DNA of 64,000 nt from an uncultured Opitutia bacterium (GTDB taxonomy: Bacteria > Verrucomicrobiota > Verrucomicrobiia > Opitutales > Opitutaceae): the NCBI GenBank assembly GCA_903834135.1, contig CAILHZ010000011.1, positions 22,061 to 86,060 of the forward strand. The letters are read 5' to 3'. The position numbers were made by a program, and so were the translations under genes. Below are positions 19,049-28,351 of the stretch, one piece after another; position 1 is the first letter of the stretch; each line of letters starts with the position of its first letter. The notes under the pieces are model-generated. The model had not been told where the DNA came from and did no database searches. It saw only the letters and a program-made list of their open reading frames with translations.

Positions 19049-20698
19049 CTAGTCTCCCCTAACTGCGTTACTACGTCTTAAATCAGCGACTCCAGTTAAG
19101 CTACCATCGGGTAAGAACTCCACTGCGTTAACACCACCAAAGAGTTCTCCCGTGCCTATCTTTTCTGTCAAATTAACCGTCCAGCCGTAAGACTTGAGTA
19201 ATTGGATTTCTGAAGCAGGCAAACCCGTCTCGCATTCAAGCGTTGGTTTTTTACCCGTTTTTAGAATATGTATTCTAGAATCCCCAATTGCATCAGCAAG
19301 TGGACGATGAAATTCAGTATAATCTAAAATAACTTGCGCAATCCCGGTAGGAATACGTGCGCCTCCAGGAAGACCGATGGCAAGTTTTGGATTTCTATTT
19401 ATATCAAGCCAAATGGTAGGTGCAATTGTACTCTTTGGGCGCTTTCCGGGCATAACGTAATTTGGTTTACCTGGAAGTTTAATAGAAAAATTACTTAAAG
19501 AATTGTTCATCACAATTCCCGTTCCAATTGGCACTACACCACAGCCGAAATGATAGCTTAATGACTGCGTAACACACACGATGTTGCGTGCTTTATCTAC
19601 AATAATAAAATGTGTTGTAGATTGCTTACCGTCATCTGCGCCAGATTGTTCCGCTTCACTTGAACGCGATGCTTCACTACGTATTGACTCGATATTTTTT
19701 TCTGAAAGCAGTTCTGCAAACCGAGCTGTAACATTATCATCATCACCAGTAGCTGCATCAAACTTTGGATAAACGTTTAGAAATACATGTCCGAAACGAT
19801 TTAAGCTCGAAGCACTATGAAATAATGGAGATGACCATTTAGCTTTATCAAACGCAGCTAATACAGCTAACAACTGCCCTCCTCCAGAAACAGGTGCCGT
19901 AGAATATAAATTTCCGCCATTAAAAGGCACACTGACTGGTTCTACTATATTAGCATGATAACTAGCTAAATCGTCTAAAGTCATATACCCACCAGCAGCA
20001 CTCACTGCATTTACAATAGCTTCAGCAGTAACGCCCTTATAAATTGAGTCAGGACCTTCACTTGCAAGGTGCTTTAATGTTTGAGCTAGGTCTAAGTTCT
20101 GAAGACGTGAACCTAGTTCAGGTAATTTACCACGAGGTAAAAATATTCGGGCACCCTCCTGACTCTTCTTAATCCTGGCAGCGCTTTCCTTAATTAATTG
20201 AATCGTCTTTGGATATATAACAAACCCTTGCTCAGCTAAACTAATTGCAGGTTGAACATCCTTATCCCAGGAAGATACTCCCCATTTCTTTTGTGCCAAA
20301 TACAACCCAGCGGCTAGACCAGGTACTGCAGCACTAGGGCCACCTTCAATACGTTCATGGGCAGGTTGCGCTATAAAAGCTTTTACTGGAAGTGTAGCAC
20401 TAGCCGTGTCCATTCCATCTACGACATATAGTTTCTTAGACGATGCTTCATAGTACAGCATTTCTATTTTTCCACCTAGCCCTGATGCATAGGGTTCAGC
20501 AACTCCCAGACATAATGAGACGGCAACAGCAGCATCCACTGCATTTCCACCACCTTGAAGAACCCTTAAGCCTGCCTCTGCTGCTTGAGGATGACCAGCT
20601 ACTACAACTTCATGGCTTACCTGTGCAACCTCAGGAGCTAGCGATTCAGCACGTAAAGTAAGTGCGATCGCCAATAGAATAAAAAAGTAACGAGCCAT
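19049..20698 (-). CDS. ggt: Gamma-glutamyltransferase
   Basis: Signal peptide from the ATG at 20698 (MARYFFILLAIALTLRA). Autoprocessing/catalytic Thr context GKQSTTHFIIVD, plus the C-terminal GGARIP/ GVADLRR pattern typical of GGT. Confidence 0.9.
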   Translation of the reverse strand: MARYFFILLAIALTLRAESLAPEVAQVSHEVVVAGHPQAAEAGLRVLQGGGNAVDAAVAVSLCLGVAEPYASGLGGKIEMLYYEASSKKLYVVDGMDTASATLPVKAFIAQPAHERIEGGPSAAVPGLAAGLYLAQKKWGVSSWDKDVQPAISLAEQGFVIYPKTIQLIKESAARIKKSQEGARIFLPRGKLPELGSRLQNLDLAQTLKHLASEGPDSIYKGVTAEAIVNAVSAAGGYMTLDDLASYHANIVEPVSVPFNGGNLYSTAPVSGGGQLLAVLAAFDKAKWSSPLFHSASSLNRFGHVFLNVYPKFDAATGDDDNVTARFAELLSEKNIESIRSEASRSSEAEQSGADDGKQSTTHFIIVDKARNIVCVTQSLSYHFGCGVVPIGTGIVMNNSLSNFSIKLPGKPNYVMPGKRPKSTIAPTIWLDINRNPKLAIGLPGGARIPTGIAQVILDYTEFHRPLADAIGDSRIHILKTGKKPTLECETGLPASEIQLLKSYGWTVNLTEKIGTGELFGGVNAVEFLPDGSLTGVADLRRSNAVRGD

Positions 20699-21044
20699 AG
20701 TTTTTTTAAAAGTAGTTTGGAGTAACAAGATGCTGCAAAGAGATGAAAAATAACATCGACTGTGACTCTAAAACTATTCGTATCTATTTATAGATTAACA
20801 ACTAAAATCAAATTACTTTGTCTGATATTAATTGTATTTATAATTTTGCAAATGCCTATTATGTAATTATTTAGGATACAACAGAAGGTAGATTGCGGTA
20901 AGCTAGAAAACGAAATAGTATCATGTTTAAAATAGCTCAAAAAGAAAACACTGTACCAAAGTATATATACATACCTGGCAACTCACATTGATTCACTCTG
21001 GTTTTTCATAAACAGGCTATAGTTAGGAAAACGCAAAAACTTAT

Positions 21045-21060
21045 ATGCAATAATTTGCAT
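21045..21060. promoter_or_regulatory. Palindrome ATGCAA-N4-TTGCAT, 34 bp upstream of the DUF5069-like/iorAB genes (possible operator)
   Basis: Perfect 6-bp inverted repeat with a 4-bp spacer in a 365-bp AT-rich divergent spacer. No known regulator consensus was recognised. Confidence 0.2.
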
Positions 21061-21093
21061 TCCTGATACTTACACATAAATTTTATCCATCAT

Positions 21094-21612
21094 ATGAAGC
21101 ACTACGAATTCACCTCAGGCTTTCGATCGCTTTATGATAAAGCTGTAGCTGCATATATTTCAGGTAAACGGGGTGCCTTAACTTACTTCACAGAGGATGA
21201 ATCTGCATGGTTAGCTAGTAACGGAATTAATGCTCAGCACATGTATGATTATGCTGAAGACCACTGTAATTATCAGGATCCTGGGTTTGAACAAGCGCTC
21301 GCCATTGAACTCGTGAGACGTGATTATTTTTTAAACCAGCAAAACAAAACTCCTTCTTTAGTTATACTCAAAGAATCTGAATTACCTGCGAAGACAGAGG
21401 CCTTAAAAGGAATCACTTGGTTACCAAGACTACTTCCTAAAGCACGTGCGAAATTACGTGGTGAACTTGCACCTGAATTAATGTTTTGCTGCGGTGGTGA
21501 CCGCAGCTTTTTTAAAAAACATAATATTATGCCTGCAGAATTTTTAAGTGTGTTATGGCGTCTTAATTCCAACGACGATCTAATCGCTGATTGGGTTAAA
21601 AGTCGCAGTTAA
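21094..21612 (+). CDS. DUF5069-like protein
   Basis: The C-terminal half, GITWLPRLLPKARAKLRGELAPELMFCCGGDRSFFKKHNI, resembles the DUF5069 pattern as I remember it. Function unknown. Confidence 0.45.
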   Translation: MKHYEFTSGFRSLYDKAVAAYISGKRGALTYFTEDESAWLASNGINAQHMYDYAEDHCNYQDPGFEQALAIELVRRDYFLNQQNKTPSLVILKESELPAKTEALKGITWLPRLLPKARAKLRGELAPELMFCCGGDRSFFKKHNIMPAEFLSVLWRLNSNDDLIADWVKSRS

Positions 21613-21642
21613 TTTTTTTAAAAAACTACCCTATCCCTATAA

Positions 21643-22122
21643 ATGAGTACGTATAATCTTAAAATAAACGGAGAGAAGAAGTCCGTTACTGTCGCATCAG
21701 ATACACCCCTTTTATGGGTATTACGCGACACACTCGGCTTAGTCGGCACCAAATTCGGTTGCGGCATTGGCCAATGTGGAGCCTGCACCATTCATTTAAA
21801 CGGTATTGCAGTGCGTGGATGCCAAACTCCGGTTTCCTCAGCCGTGGGTTTCGATATCACGACAATCGAAGGCCTAGATAAAGAAGGTAAGCATCCACTT
21901 CAACAAGCCTGGTGTGAACTGGATGTAGCTCAATGCGGTTACTGCCAATCTGGTCAAATCATGACAGCCTCTGCACTCTTAAAACGTAATCCAAAACCAA
22001 CGGATCAAGACATTGATGATGCAATGGCTGGCAACTTATGCCGCTGTGCTACCTACACTCGCATCCGTGCTGGAATCCATAAAGCAGCAGAACTTACTGC
22101 AGGAAAGGAGGCAGGCGTATGA
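21643..22122 (+). CDS. (2Fe-2S)-binding small subunit of a molybdenum hydroxylase (IorA/aldehyde oxidoreductase-like)
   Basis: Two [2Fe-2S] motifs: [15 protein letters not shown]...C and [10 protein letters not shown]...NLCRCATY. Confidence 0.9.
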   Translation: MSTYNLKINGEKKSVTVASDTPLLWVLRDTLGLVGTKFGCGIGQCGACTIHLNGIAVRGCQTPVSSAVGFDITTIEGLDKEGKHPLQQAWCELDVAQCGYCQSGQIMTASALLKRNPKPTDQDIDDAMAGNLCRCATYTRIRAGIHKAAELTAGKEAGV

Positions 22123-24338
22123 AACCCACTCTTTCTAAAGAACTTAATCGCAGGTCATTTCTTAAGCTCTCTACACTCGCTTCGGGTGGTTTAGCCCTGG
22201 CCTACTATTTAAAATCAGCAACGTCGCTTGAAGGCCAAGTAAGTAAGCTAACGGAATCTACTGACGAGAACTCATTTAAACCAAGTGCTTTTGTTCACAT
22301 TGCGCATGACGGAACAGTGACTCTTGCTTCAGCACGTCCTGAAATTGGTCAGGGAATTAAAACATCCCTACCGATGATCATAGCCGAGGAACTCGGAGTA
22401 AAATGGACAGACGTTAAGGTTATATCAGTACCACTTGATCCTATCTTTGGAGGACAAGCTGCTGGAGGTAGTACCTCCACTCCTACGTCCTACATGCACT
22501 TAAGACGTGTGGGCGCTACAGCACGTACTCTTTTAATTCAGGCTGCTGCAGCAAGCTGGTCAGTACCTGTCACAGAGTGCTATGTTAAAGACGGATCAGT
22601 CGTCCATAAGCCTACAGGAAAATCTCTAAGCTACGGAGCTTTAGTGCAGGCAGCAGCAAAACTACCTGTTCCAGATGAACACTCCGTTGTATTAAAAGAT
22701 CCTTCAGAATTTACCCTCTTAGGTTCCCGCATTGGTGGTGTGGACAACCAAAAAGTTGTCACTGGACAGCCTCTGTTCGGAATTGATCAAGTTATTCCAG
22801 GAATGCTATATGCTGTATATGTCAAGTGCCCGGTCTGGGGTGGTAAAGTAGTTTCTGCAAATCTAGATGTGGTTAAATCACAACCAGGTGTTCGTGACGC
22901 ATTTATTATCAATGAAACTGTCCCTTATCATAATAATCCAGTACTAGGTTTAGTTCCTGGTGTAGCGATTCTTGCTGATTCAACATGGAATGCTTTCAGT
23001 GCTCGCAAACAACTTCAAGTCGTTTGGGACGAAGGCAAATTTGCTAACGATAGTTGGTCTGGCTACAGCGAAGCAGCTAAGCAAATGGCTACTACAGGCA
23101 AAGGACTTAAAAAGGTACGAGATAGCGGCAACGTTGATCAAGCGTTTCAGACTGCAGCTAAAGTGATCGAAGCCGACTATCACTTTGCTTTTATTGGCCA
23201 TACCAATTTAGAGCCGCAAAATACAACAGCTCACTTCACTGGAAATAAAATACATTTATGGAGTCCGACTCAAAATCCTGGCGATGTTCAAGCAAGCGTT
23301 GCTGAAGCACTGGATATAGAACCAGAAAACGTAAGTATTGTCATGACTCGTATTGGAGGTGGATTTGGTCGCAGACTACATCCAGATCCTTGTATGGAAG
23401 CAGCAGTTATCGCTAAAAAATGTGGTCAACCCATAAAGCTCACATGGAGTCGTGAAGATGATTTCCAGCACGATCATTTCCGTCCAGGTGGTTTCCATCA
23501 CTTCAAAGCAGGGTTAGATGCCAAAGGTAAATTAATTGCCTTTGCAGATAAAGTTATGGGCTTTGATGCAGCTTCAGGTGCAGATAACTACCCAGCACGC
23601 TTCATCGATAACTGCCGAATTGAAGCTGGAAAAATACCTAACAACGTACCGACCGGTCCATGGCGCGCACCTGGAAGTAACACCTACGGGTTTGTTATCT
23701 GCAGTTTCTTAGATGAACTCGCACATGCAGGCGGCAGAGACCCAGTTGAATTTAGTTTAGAAATCTTAGGTACAAAAGACGTACTCCCTGGAACCGGCCC
23801 TCGCAGTGCTCCTTACAATGCAGCACGTATGCGTGGTGTTATCAAACTGGCTGCAGAAAAAGCCGGCTGGGGTAAAACGCTACCTAAGGGCCAAGGCATG
23901 GGCTTAGGTTACTACTTCAGTCATCAAGGCTATGTTGCAGAAGTTGCTGAAGTCACGGTAACAAAAGAAGGTGAACTTAAAGTCACCCGTGTCGTAGCTG
24001 CCGTAGATGTAGGCTCCCAGATAGTGAACTTAAGTGGCGCTGAAAATCAGGTACAAGGAGCAATTATCGACGGACTAAATTCATCCTGGAGACAGGAACT
24101 AGATATTCAAAATGGCCGCTTAGTGCAGAGTAACTTCCACGAATATCAAATGCTAAGAATGCCTGATACAATTCGTGATATTGAAATTCACTTTAGTAAA
24201 ACGAAGTATCCACCCACAGGACTGGGTGAACCTGCCTTACCTCCGTTAGCTCCAGCTGTAGCAAATGCTATTTTTGCAGCGACTGGTAAACGTATTAGAC
24301 AATTACCATTCTCACATACGGATCTGCGCTGGTCCTAA
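22119..24338 (+). CDS. Molybdopterin-binding large subunit (IorB/aldehyde oxidoreductase-like) with Tat signal
   Basis: Tat motif [19 protein letters not shown]. Xanthine-dehydrogenase-family a/b-hammerhead and Moco-binding patterns (GGGFGRR, GEPALPP). ATGA start/stop overlap with the small subunit. Confidence 0.9.
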   Translation: MKPTLSKELNRRSFLKLSTLASGGLALAYYLKSATSLEGQVSKLTESTDENSFKPSAFVHIAHDGTVTLASARPEIGQGIKTSLPMIIAEELGVKWTDVKVISVPLDPIFGGQAAGGSTSTPTSYMHLRRVGATARTLLIQAAAASWSVPVTECYVKDGSVVHKPTGKSLSYGALVQAAAKLPVPDEHSVVLKDPSEFTLLGSRIGGVDNQKVVTGQPLFGIDQVIPGMLYAVYVKCPVWGGKVVSANLDVVKSQPGVRDAFIINETVPYHNNPVLGLVPGVAILADSTWNAFSARKQLQVVWDEGKFANDSWSGYSEAAKQMATTGKGLKKVRDSGNVDQAFQTAAKVIEADYHFAFIGHTNLEPQNTTAHFTGNKIHLWSPTQNPGDVQASVAEALDIEPENVSIVMTRIGGGFGRRLHPDPCMEAAVIAKKCGQPIKLTWSREDDFQHDHFRPGGFHHFKAGLDAKGKLIAFADKVMGFDAASGADNYPARFIDNCRIEAGKIPNNVPTGPWRAPGSNTYGFVICSFLDELAHAGGRDPVEFSLEILGTKDVLPGTGPRSAPYNAARMRGVIKLAAEKAGWGKTLPKGQGMGLGYYFSHQGYVAEVAEVTVTKEGELKVTRVVAAVDVGSQIVNLSGAENQVQGAIIDGLNSSWRQELDIQNGRLVQSNFHEYQMLRMPDTIRDIEIHFSKTKYPPTGLGEPALPPLAPAVANAIFAATGKRIRQLPFSHTDLRWS

Positions 24339-24364
24339 AGATAAAGAGTAATTTAAGTAAGCAC

Positions 24365-24400
24365 AAAAAAACTGTAATCAATCCGATTACAGTTTTTTTA
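24365..24400. terminator. Bidirectional intrinsic terminator between convergent genes
   Basis: A6 - ACTGTAATC (24371-24379) - loop AATCC - GATTACAGT (24385-24393) - T6. Perfect 9-bp stem flanked by A and T runs. Confidence 0.8.
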
Positions 24401-24417
24401 TAAATTTAAAGTCTAGT

Positions 24418-24768
24418 TTAGAACGGTTTAACGTAGGCCATAATAACTGCAACTGCTGAAAATAAGCAGGTAAGTGTAATCCAAAGTCTTACTTGTTCAC
24501 GGCGGCGGTAAGCAAGGCCTGACATTGCTGAAATACCAAGCCAGCAAATGAGCTTTAAAACTATCCAGCCAGCGAGAGCAAAACCGAACTGAGCTTGCCA
24601 CATGCGAACTCCTGTTAAGACGATCAGTAGCGCTGCCATACCAGAATACATTGCAATGCGTTTCTTAGTTTCCGGAGCACCAGCAAAAGCATAAAAAGTC
24701 GTGCCTATTAAAAGCATAACTGAAAAAATGTGGACTATGTGCAGGGAGTAGATTTCGCCAGGACTCAT
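24418..24768 (-). CDS. Small 4-TM membrane protein (SirB/YchQ-like topology, unassigned)
   Basis: 116 aa with four hydrophobic segments. No CrcB (GGLTTFSTF) or SMR (E14) signature. Confidence 0.55.
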   Translation of the reverse strand: MSPGEIYSLHIVHIFSVMLLIGTTFYAFAGAPETKKRIAMYSGMAALLIVLTGVRMWQAQFGFALAGWIVLKLICWLGISAMSGLAYRRREQVRLWITLTCLFSAVAVIMAYVKPF

Positions 24769-24806
24769 GGTTTATGTAAGAGGATTATTAGTTAGCTAAA
24801 GTAAGT

Positions 24807-24989
24807 TGACACCCCACCTGTGCCGTATGCCCAAAGGCTCGGGACCTTTTTATGTTAAAGTGGGCGCCTGCGCCGTGTCTTTTGCTTTCCGATTTACGGC
24901 CTAGCAGCATTCACGACGTTTTCGGCTCCCGATTTGATTCTAAGGCAAAGAGCTATGTTTTAAGGCACCACGAACACTGCAGGGTGTCA
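24807..24989. ncRNA. Candidate structured RNA, about 183 nt; class and strand unassigned (6S-like size, or 5' leader of the 24418-24768 gene)
   Basis: ORF-free 260-bp spacer. TGACACCC (24807-24814) pairs with GGGTGTCA (24982-24989). Internal helices include GTGCC/GGCAC, TCGGGA/TCCCGA, GCCGT/ACGGC and GGCG-CCTG-CGCC. My hand count gives about 52% GC, against visibly AT-rich spacers elsewhere. Confidence 0.3.
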
Positions 24990-25028
24990 GACTTAGATGT
25001 AGTCACCTTAGCCTAAGACGTCAACCTC

Positions 25029-25487
25029 TCAGGCTTCGTCAGATTTTCCCTCAATATGCTTAATCACAAGCTCTTGAATAGTAGCTAAAAACAGGTAGCC
25101 CATAAAAGCCCTAACGACATTATCAGGTAATGTCTCTAGATGTATTTGCCCGGCCTCTAAGTCTTCGTCATTGATATCCCCTAAGACAGTCTCCCTAAGT
25201 CTTAAACGAAGCATGGCACTCGCTCTAAGTACAGGTTCAGCATTAGTTGGATCTAAAATAATAGATCCATCGACAAAAAACTGTTCATTAAATAAGCCAA
25301 ACAAGACATCCATATCTGTCTTTTGATGCTCAAGTAATTCCTGATTCCAGGCATCTCGAAATTCACTATCAATATCCCTAGGAGCCTGCTTCTGGTCTTC
25401 TGAGCTTGCCTCATAGGCAAGGCCTTTGAGCACATCTAAAAGAGGTGCAACAACAGATACACTTAATTTGACTTCAATACGCTTCAT
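25029..25487 (-). CDS. Acidic hypothetical protein, DUF2017-like (ClpS-associated)
   Basis: 152 aa. Overlaps the clpS stop by 14 nt. The segment ILDPTNAEPVLRASAMLRLRLRETVLGDINDED recalls the DUF2017 pattern (ea..wl.aln.lRL.Lg) found next to clpS in Actinobacteria. Assigned from memory only. Confidence 0.45.
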   Translation of the reverse strand: MKRIEVKLSVSVVAPLLDVLKGLAYEASSEDQKQAPRDIDSEFRDAWNQELLEHQKTDMDVLFGLFNEQFFVDGSIILDPTNAEPVLRASAMLRLRLRETVLGDINDEDLEAGQIHLETLPDNVVRAFMGYLFLATIQELVIKHIEGKSDEA

Positions 25488-25779
25488 CGCGTTCTAGAAC
25501 GGCTGATAAATGCCACTGATGGAGAGTAAAAACGTAGGCTTCTGCTTTTTCACGTAGCCCTACCCACACGATAGATCTACCTTGTTCATGTACTTCAAGC
25601 ATGTGCTTACGCGCTGTACTTTCATCGAAGCCAAACACTTTTCTAAAGACTAAGACAACGTAAGACATTAAGTTTACAGGATCATTTAAGACCACAACTT
25701 TCCAACTTCCCGAGAGCTGTGTTTGCACAGCTACTTGGGTTTCAGTTGAAGGATTAGATTTCGCTAACGGGATAATCAT
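25474..25779 (-). CDS. clpS: ATP-dependent Clp protease adaptor ClpS
   Basis: The core WKVVVLNDPVNLMSYVVLVFRKVFGFDESTARKHMLEVHEQGRSIV is the canonical ClpS pattern. ATGA overlap with the proS stop. Confidence 0.9.
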   Translation of the reverse strand: MIIPLAKSNPSTETQVAVQTQLSGSWKVVVLNDPVNLMSYVVLVFRKVFGFDESTARKHMLEVHEQGRSIVWVGLREKAEAYVFTLHQWHLSAVLERDEAY

Positions 25780-27551
25780 TCAATACGGCTTGCCGCTTGA
25801 GCTTTCGTGATCGCTTCAGCAATACGTGAAGAAGCTTCTGTAAGTGCAATCTTGTGCACCTCTTTTTCAGAACGCCATTTAAGCTCTATTATACCCTCTT
25901 TAAGGCCTTTACCACCAATCGTTATACGCAGTGGTATACCAATTAAATCAGCATCCTTAAACTTAACACCAGGCCTTTCAGCACGGTCGTCTATTAAGAC
26001 ATCCGCACCCGCAGCTTCAGCAGCTTTACCTAAAGTTTCAGCCCATTGAAGCGCCTCAGGAACGGTAGGATCAAGTAAGCAGACTAATACTTGAAAAGGA
26101 GCGATCGCCCAAGGCCAAAGAATTCCATCTGCATCGTGCTTTTGCTCGATACAGGCTTGGAGCGTACGACTAATTCCGATACCGTAGCAGCCCATTACAA
26201 TAAAGTGTGACTGCTTTTGGTCATCGGTATAAATCGCATTAAATTTTTCAGAATACTTTGTTCCGAGTTTGAATACGTGACCTACTTCAATCGCTCGTTC
26301 AATCTTAAGAGGTTCACCACTTTGTGGATCAGGCTCTCCTGCCTTTACACGTCTAAAGTCACCAAAGCGTGTGATATCTAAATCACGTGTAATATTTACA
26401 TGCTTAAAGTGAAACCCGTCACTATTAGCACCCGTTACTCCATTACCGATTAAACGAATAGCGTGGTCTGCATAAATACCATCAATACCAGAGCGGTCTT
26501 TAAAGGTATTTTTTACAGCACCCAAACTTCCTGGATTAGCACCTAATAAAGGCAGAATTTCTTCGGGAGTTGCTGGTCTAAATAAAGTAAAACCTAAGGA
26601 GCCAAGCTTAGCTTCTTCTAATTCATCACAGCCGCGTAAGATAACTAAGAAAACCTTACCATCTCCAACATAGACTAATGTCTTAAATTGCTTATCCGCT
26701 GGCACACTGTGCGGCGCATTTTCTAGGGATGCAATTGTCACAACTCCTGGGGTTGAGAATTTTTCGAGTGTTCCCTCTGGTGCTTGATCGACTAAATCTT
26801 TAGGTACAATGCCACTAGTGGCTTTTTCGCGGTTTGCTGAGTACCCACTTTTTTCACCGTACACGACATCATCGTCACCTACCTCTGCAGGGACCATAAA
26901 TTCATGTGAAGCACTGCCACCCATAACACCAGTATCTGCTTCTACTGCGATTGTCTTAAGTCCAGCTCGCGCGAAGAAACGCTCGTAGGCCGTCTTCATC
27001 GACTGATAGCTGCGGCCTGCTCCTGCATCATCTACGTCAAAAGAATACGCATCCTTCATCACGAATTCACGTGCACGCATTAAACCGAAACGAGGACGAA
27101 TCTCATTTCTAAATTTAGTAGCGATTTGGAAAAAATTCTTTGGCAAATCCCGGTAGCTTGTAATCTCCGATTGAATCAGTGGGGTGATAATCTCTTCATG
27201 TGTTGGCCCTAAAACAAACTCAGGCTCCTGAGGTGGACGCTTACCTGCCCCGGCATGATCTGCTCGGTACATAATCTGGCGTGCGGCTGACCATCGTGGA
27301 CCCTTCTCCCAAAATTCAACAGGATGCAAATGCGGCATTTGTAGCTCGATTGCTCCAGCACGTTCCATCTCTTCTCTACAGATCTGCTCTAACTTAGACA
27401 TGACCTTAAGGCCAAGCGGCATGTAGGTATACAGACCACCCCCCAATTTACGCACCAGCCCTGCTCTCACGAGGAGGCGATGGGAAGCAATTTCAGCGTC
27501 AGCTGGGCTTTCTTTAAGTGTAGGAATGAAGTACTTAGACCAATATTTCAT
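25776..27551 (-). CDS. proS: Proline--tRNA ligase (bacterial type with INS editing domain)
   Basis: MKYWSKYFIPTLKESPADAEIASHRLLVRAGLVRKLGGGLYTYMPLG and the class II motifs (FRNEIRPRFGLMRAREF, GCYGIGISR). Confidence 0.95.
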   Translation of the reverse strand: MKYWSKYFIPTLKESPADAEIASHRLLVRAGLVRKLGGGLYTYMPLGLKVMSKLEQICREEMERAGAIELQMPHLHPVEFWEKGPRWSAARQIMYRADHAGAGKRPPQEPEFVLGPTHEEIITPLIQSEITSYRDLPKNFFQIATKFRNEIRPRFGLMRAREFVMKDAYSFDVDDAGAGRSYQSMKTAYERFFARAGLKTIAVEADTGVMGGSASHEFMVPAEVGDDDVVYGEKSGYSANREKATSGIVPKDLVDQAPEGTLEKFSTPGVVTIASLENAPHSVPADKQFKTLVYVGDGKVFLVILRGCDELEEAKLGSLGFTLFRPATPEEILPLLGANPGSLGAVKNTFKDRSGIDGIYADHAIRLIGNGVTGANSDGFHFKHVNITRDLDITRFGDFRRVKAGEPDPQSGEPLKIERAIEVGHVFKLGTKYSEKFNAIYTDDQKQSHFIVMGCYGIGISRTLQACIEQKHDADGILWPWAIAPFQVLVCLLDPTVPEALQWAETLGKAAEAAGADVLIDDRAERPGVKFKDADLIGIPLRITIGGKGLKEGIIELKWRSEKEVHKIALTEASSRIAEAITKAQAASRIE

Positions 27552-27660
27552 GCAGGCTTAAGATCGAAACAGTCCTCGGCCTTTGGATCAACGGTAATCG
27601 AGCCGTAACTTTCAGCTATCCCGTTGCCATTTACCTAGGAAGAGCCTTATATTCATAGCA

Positions 27661-28269
27661 GTGAATACCGAAAAACGTAAAGCGTGGCCTATGGGATGGA
27701 TCATACTAGCTATGGTCCTATTTATAGCTCCGTATACCTTTTTGACCCTGCATTACCGTAAACCAGGCCCAGCCTACCAGCCATACCAAGATGCTAAGGA
27801 AAAAACGGTATTAGCTCGCACTGGCTTTACTCGAATCAGCTTACCTGCCTCCCAGCCTGCCTCAGGCTTATTAGTACCCGTTACAGTAACCAGTGCGCTA
27901 GTCAGCGCTCATCCCGGTGGCCTAACCCCTGAACTTAACCAAGCACTTGGAGCTGCTGTTAGTTTACCTGTAAGTATAGATTCTACAGCAGCGCCTGCTG
28001 TCTGTGAAAGCGGTAAAACCTATCCCTTTAGTTTTGGATGTAATATTTCAGATTTACATCACGCCTTGGCCAGTACTCGGCTATATGTAAAAGCAAATGA
28101 AGTGTTCATAATCACCGACTTTGAAAGTCTAGTGGGTGGTCTTTCTGCTCGCAGTACCCATACAGTCATTGCTCTTGAACTACCCGCTGCAGCACTAGAA
28201 GCCGGGAGTTATACCTTTACAGTTGTCGGTAGAACTACCTCAAGAAGCTGGAAAGTACTCATTAAATAG
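27661..28269 (+). CDS. Hypothetical membrane-anchored protein
   Basis: GTG start. Single N-terminal TM (WPMGWIILAMVLFIAPYTFLTL) followed by a soluble domain of about 150 aa. No family recognised. Confidence 0.5.
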   Translation: MNTEKRKAWPMGWIILAMVLFIAPYTFLTLHYRKPGPAYQPYQDAKEKTVLARTGFTRISLPASQPASGLLVPVTVTSALVSAHPGGLTPELNQALGAAVSLPVSIDSTAAPAVCESGKTYPFSFGCNISDLHHALASTRLYVKANEVFIITDFESLVGGLSARSTHTVIALELPAAALEAGSYTFTVVGRTTSRSWKVLIK

Positions 28270-28351
28270 GGCAATCGGGCCTGGCTAACACCCAATGTGC
28301 TACCTTGACGTGAGGGCCTTACTCGAAGAAAACTAAAGGTCATACATATCA

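Noticed and set aside
24769-25028. Assignment of the structured spacer to a known riboswitch or RNA class
   Set aside because: I compared it by eye with the consensus cores I remember and none matched convincingly. The classes checked were SRP RNA (GGAA tetraloop/AGCAGCC), cobalamin (B12 box), TPP, FMN, glycine, lysine, M-box, yybP-ykoY, fluoride, guanidine-I/II, c-di-GMP-I and glmS. It is kept only as an unassigned candidate.
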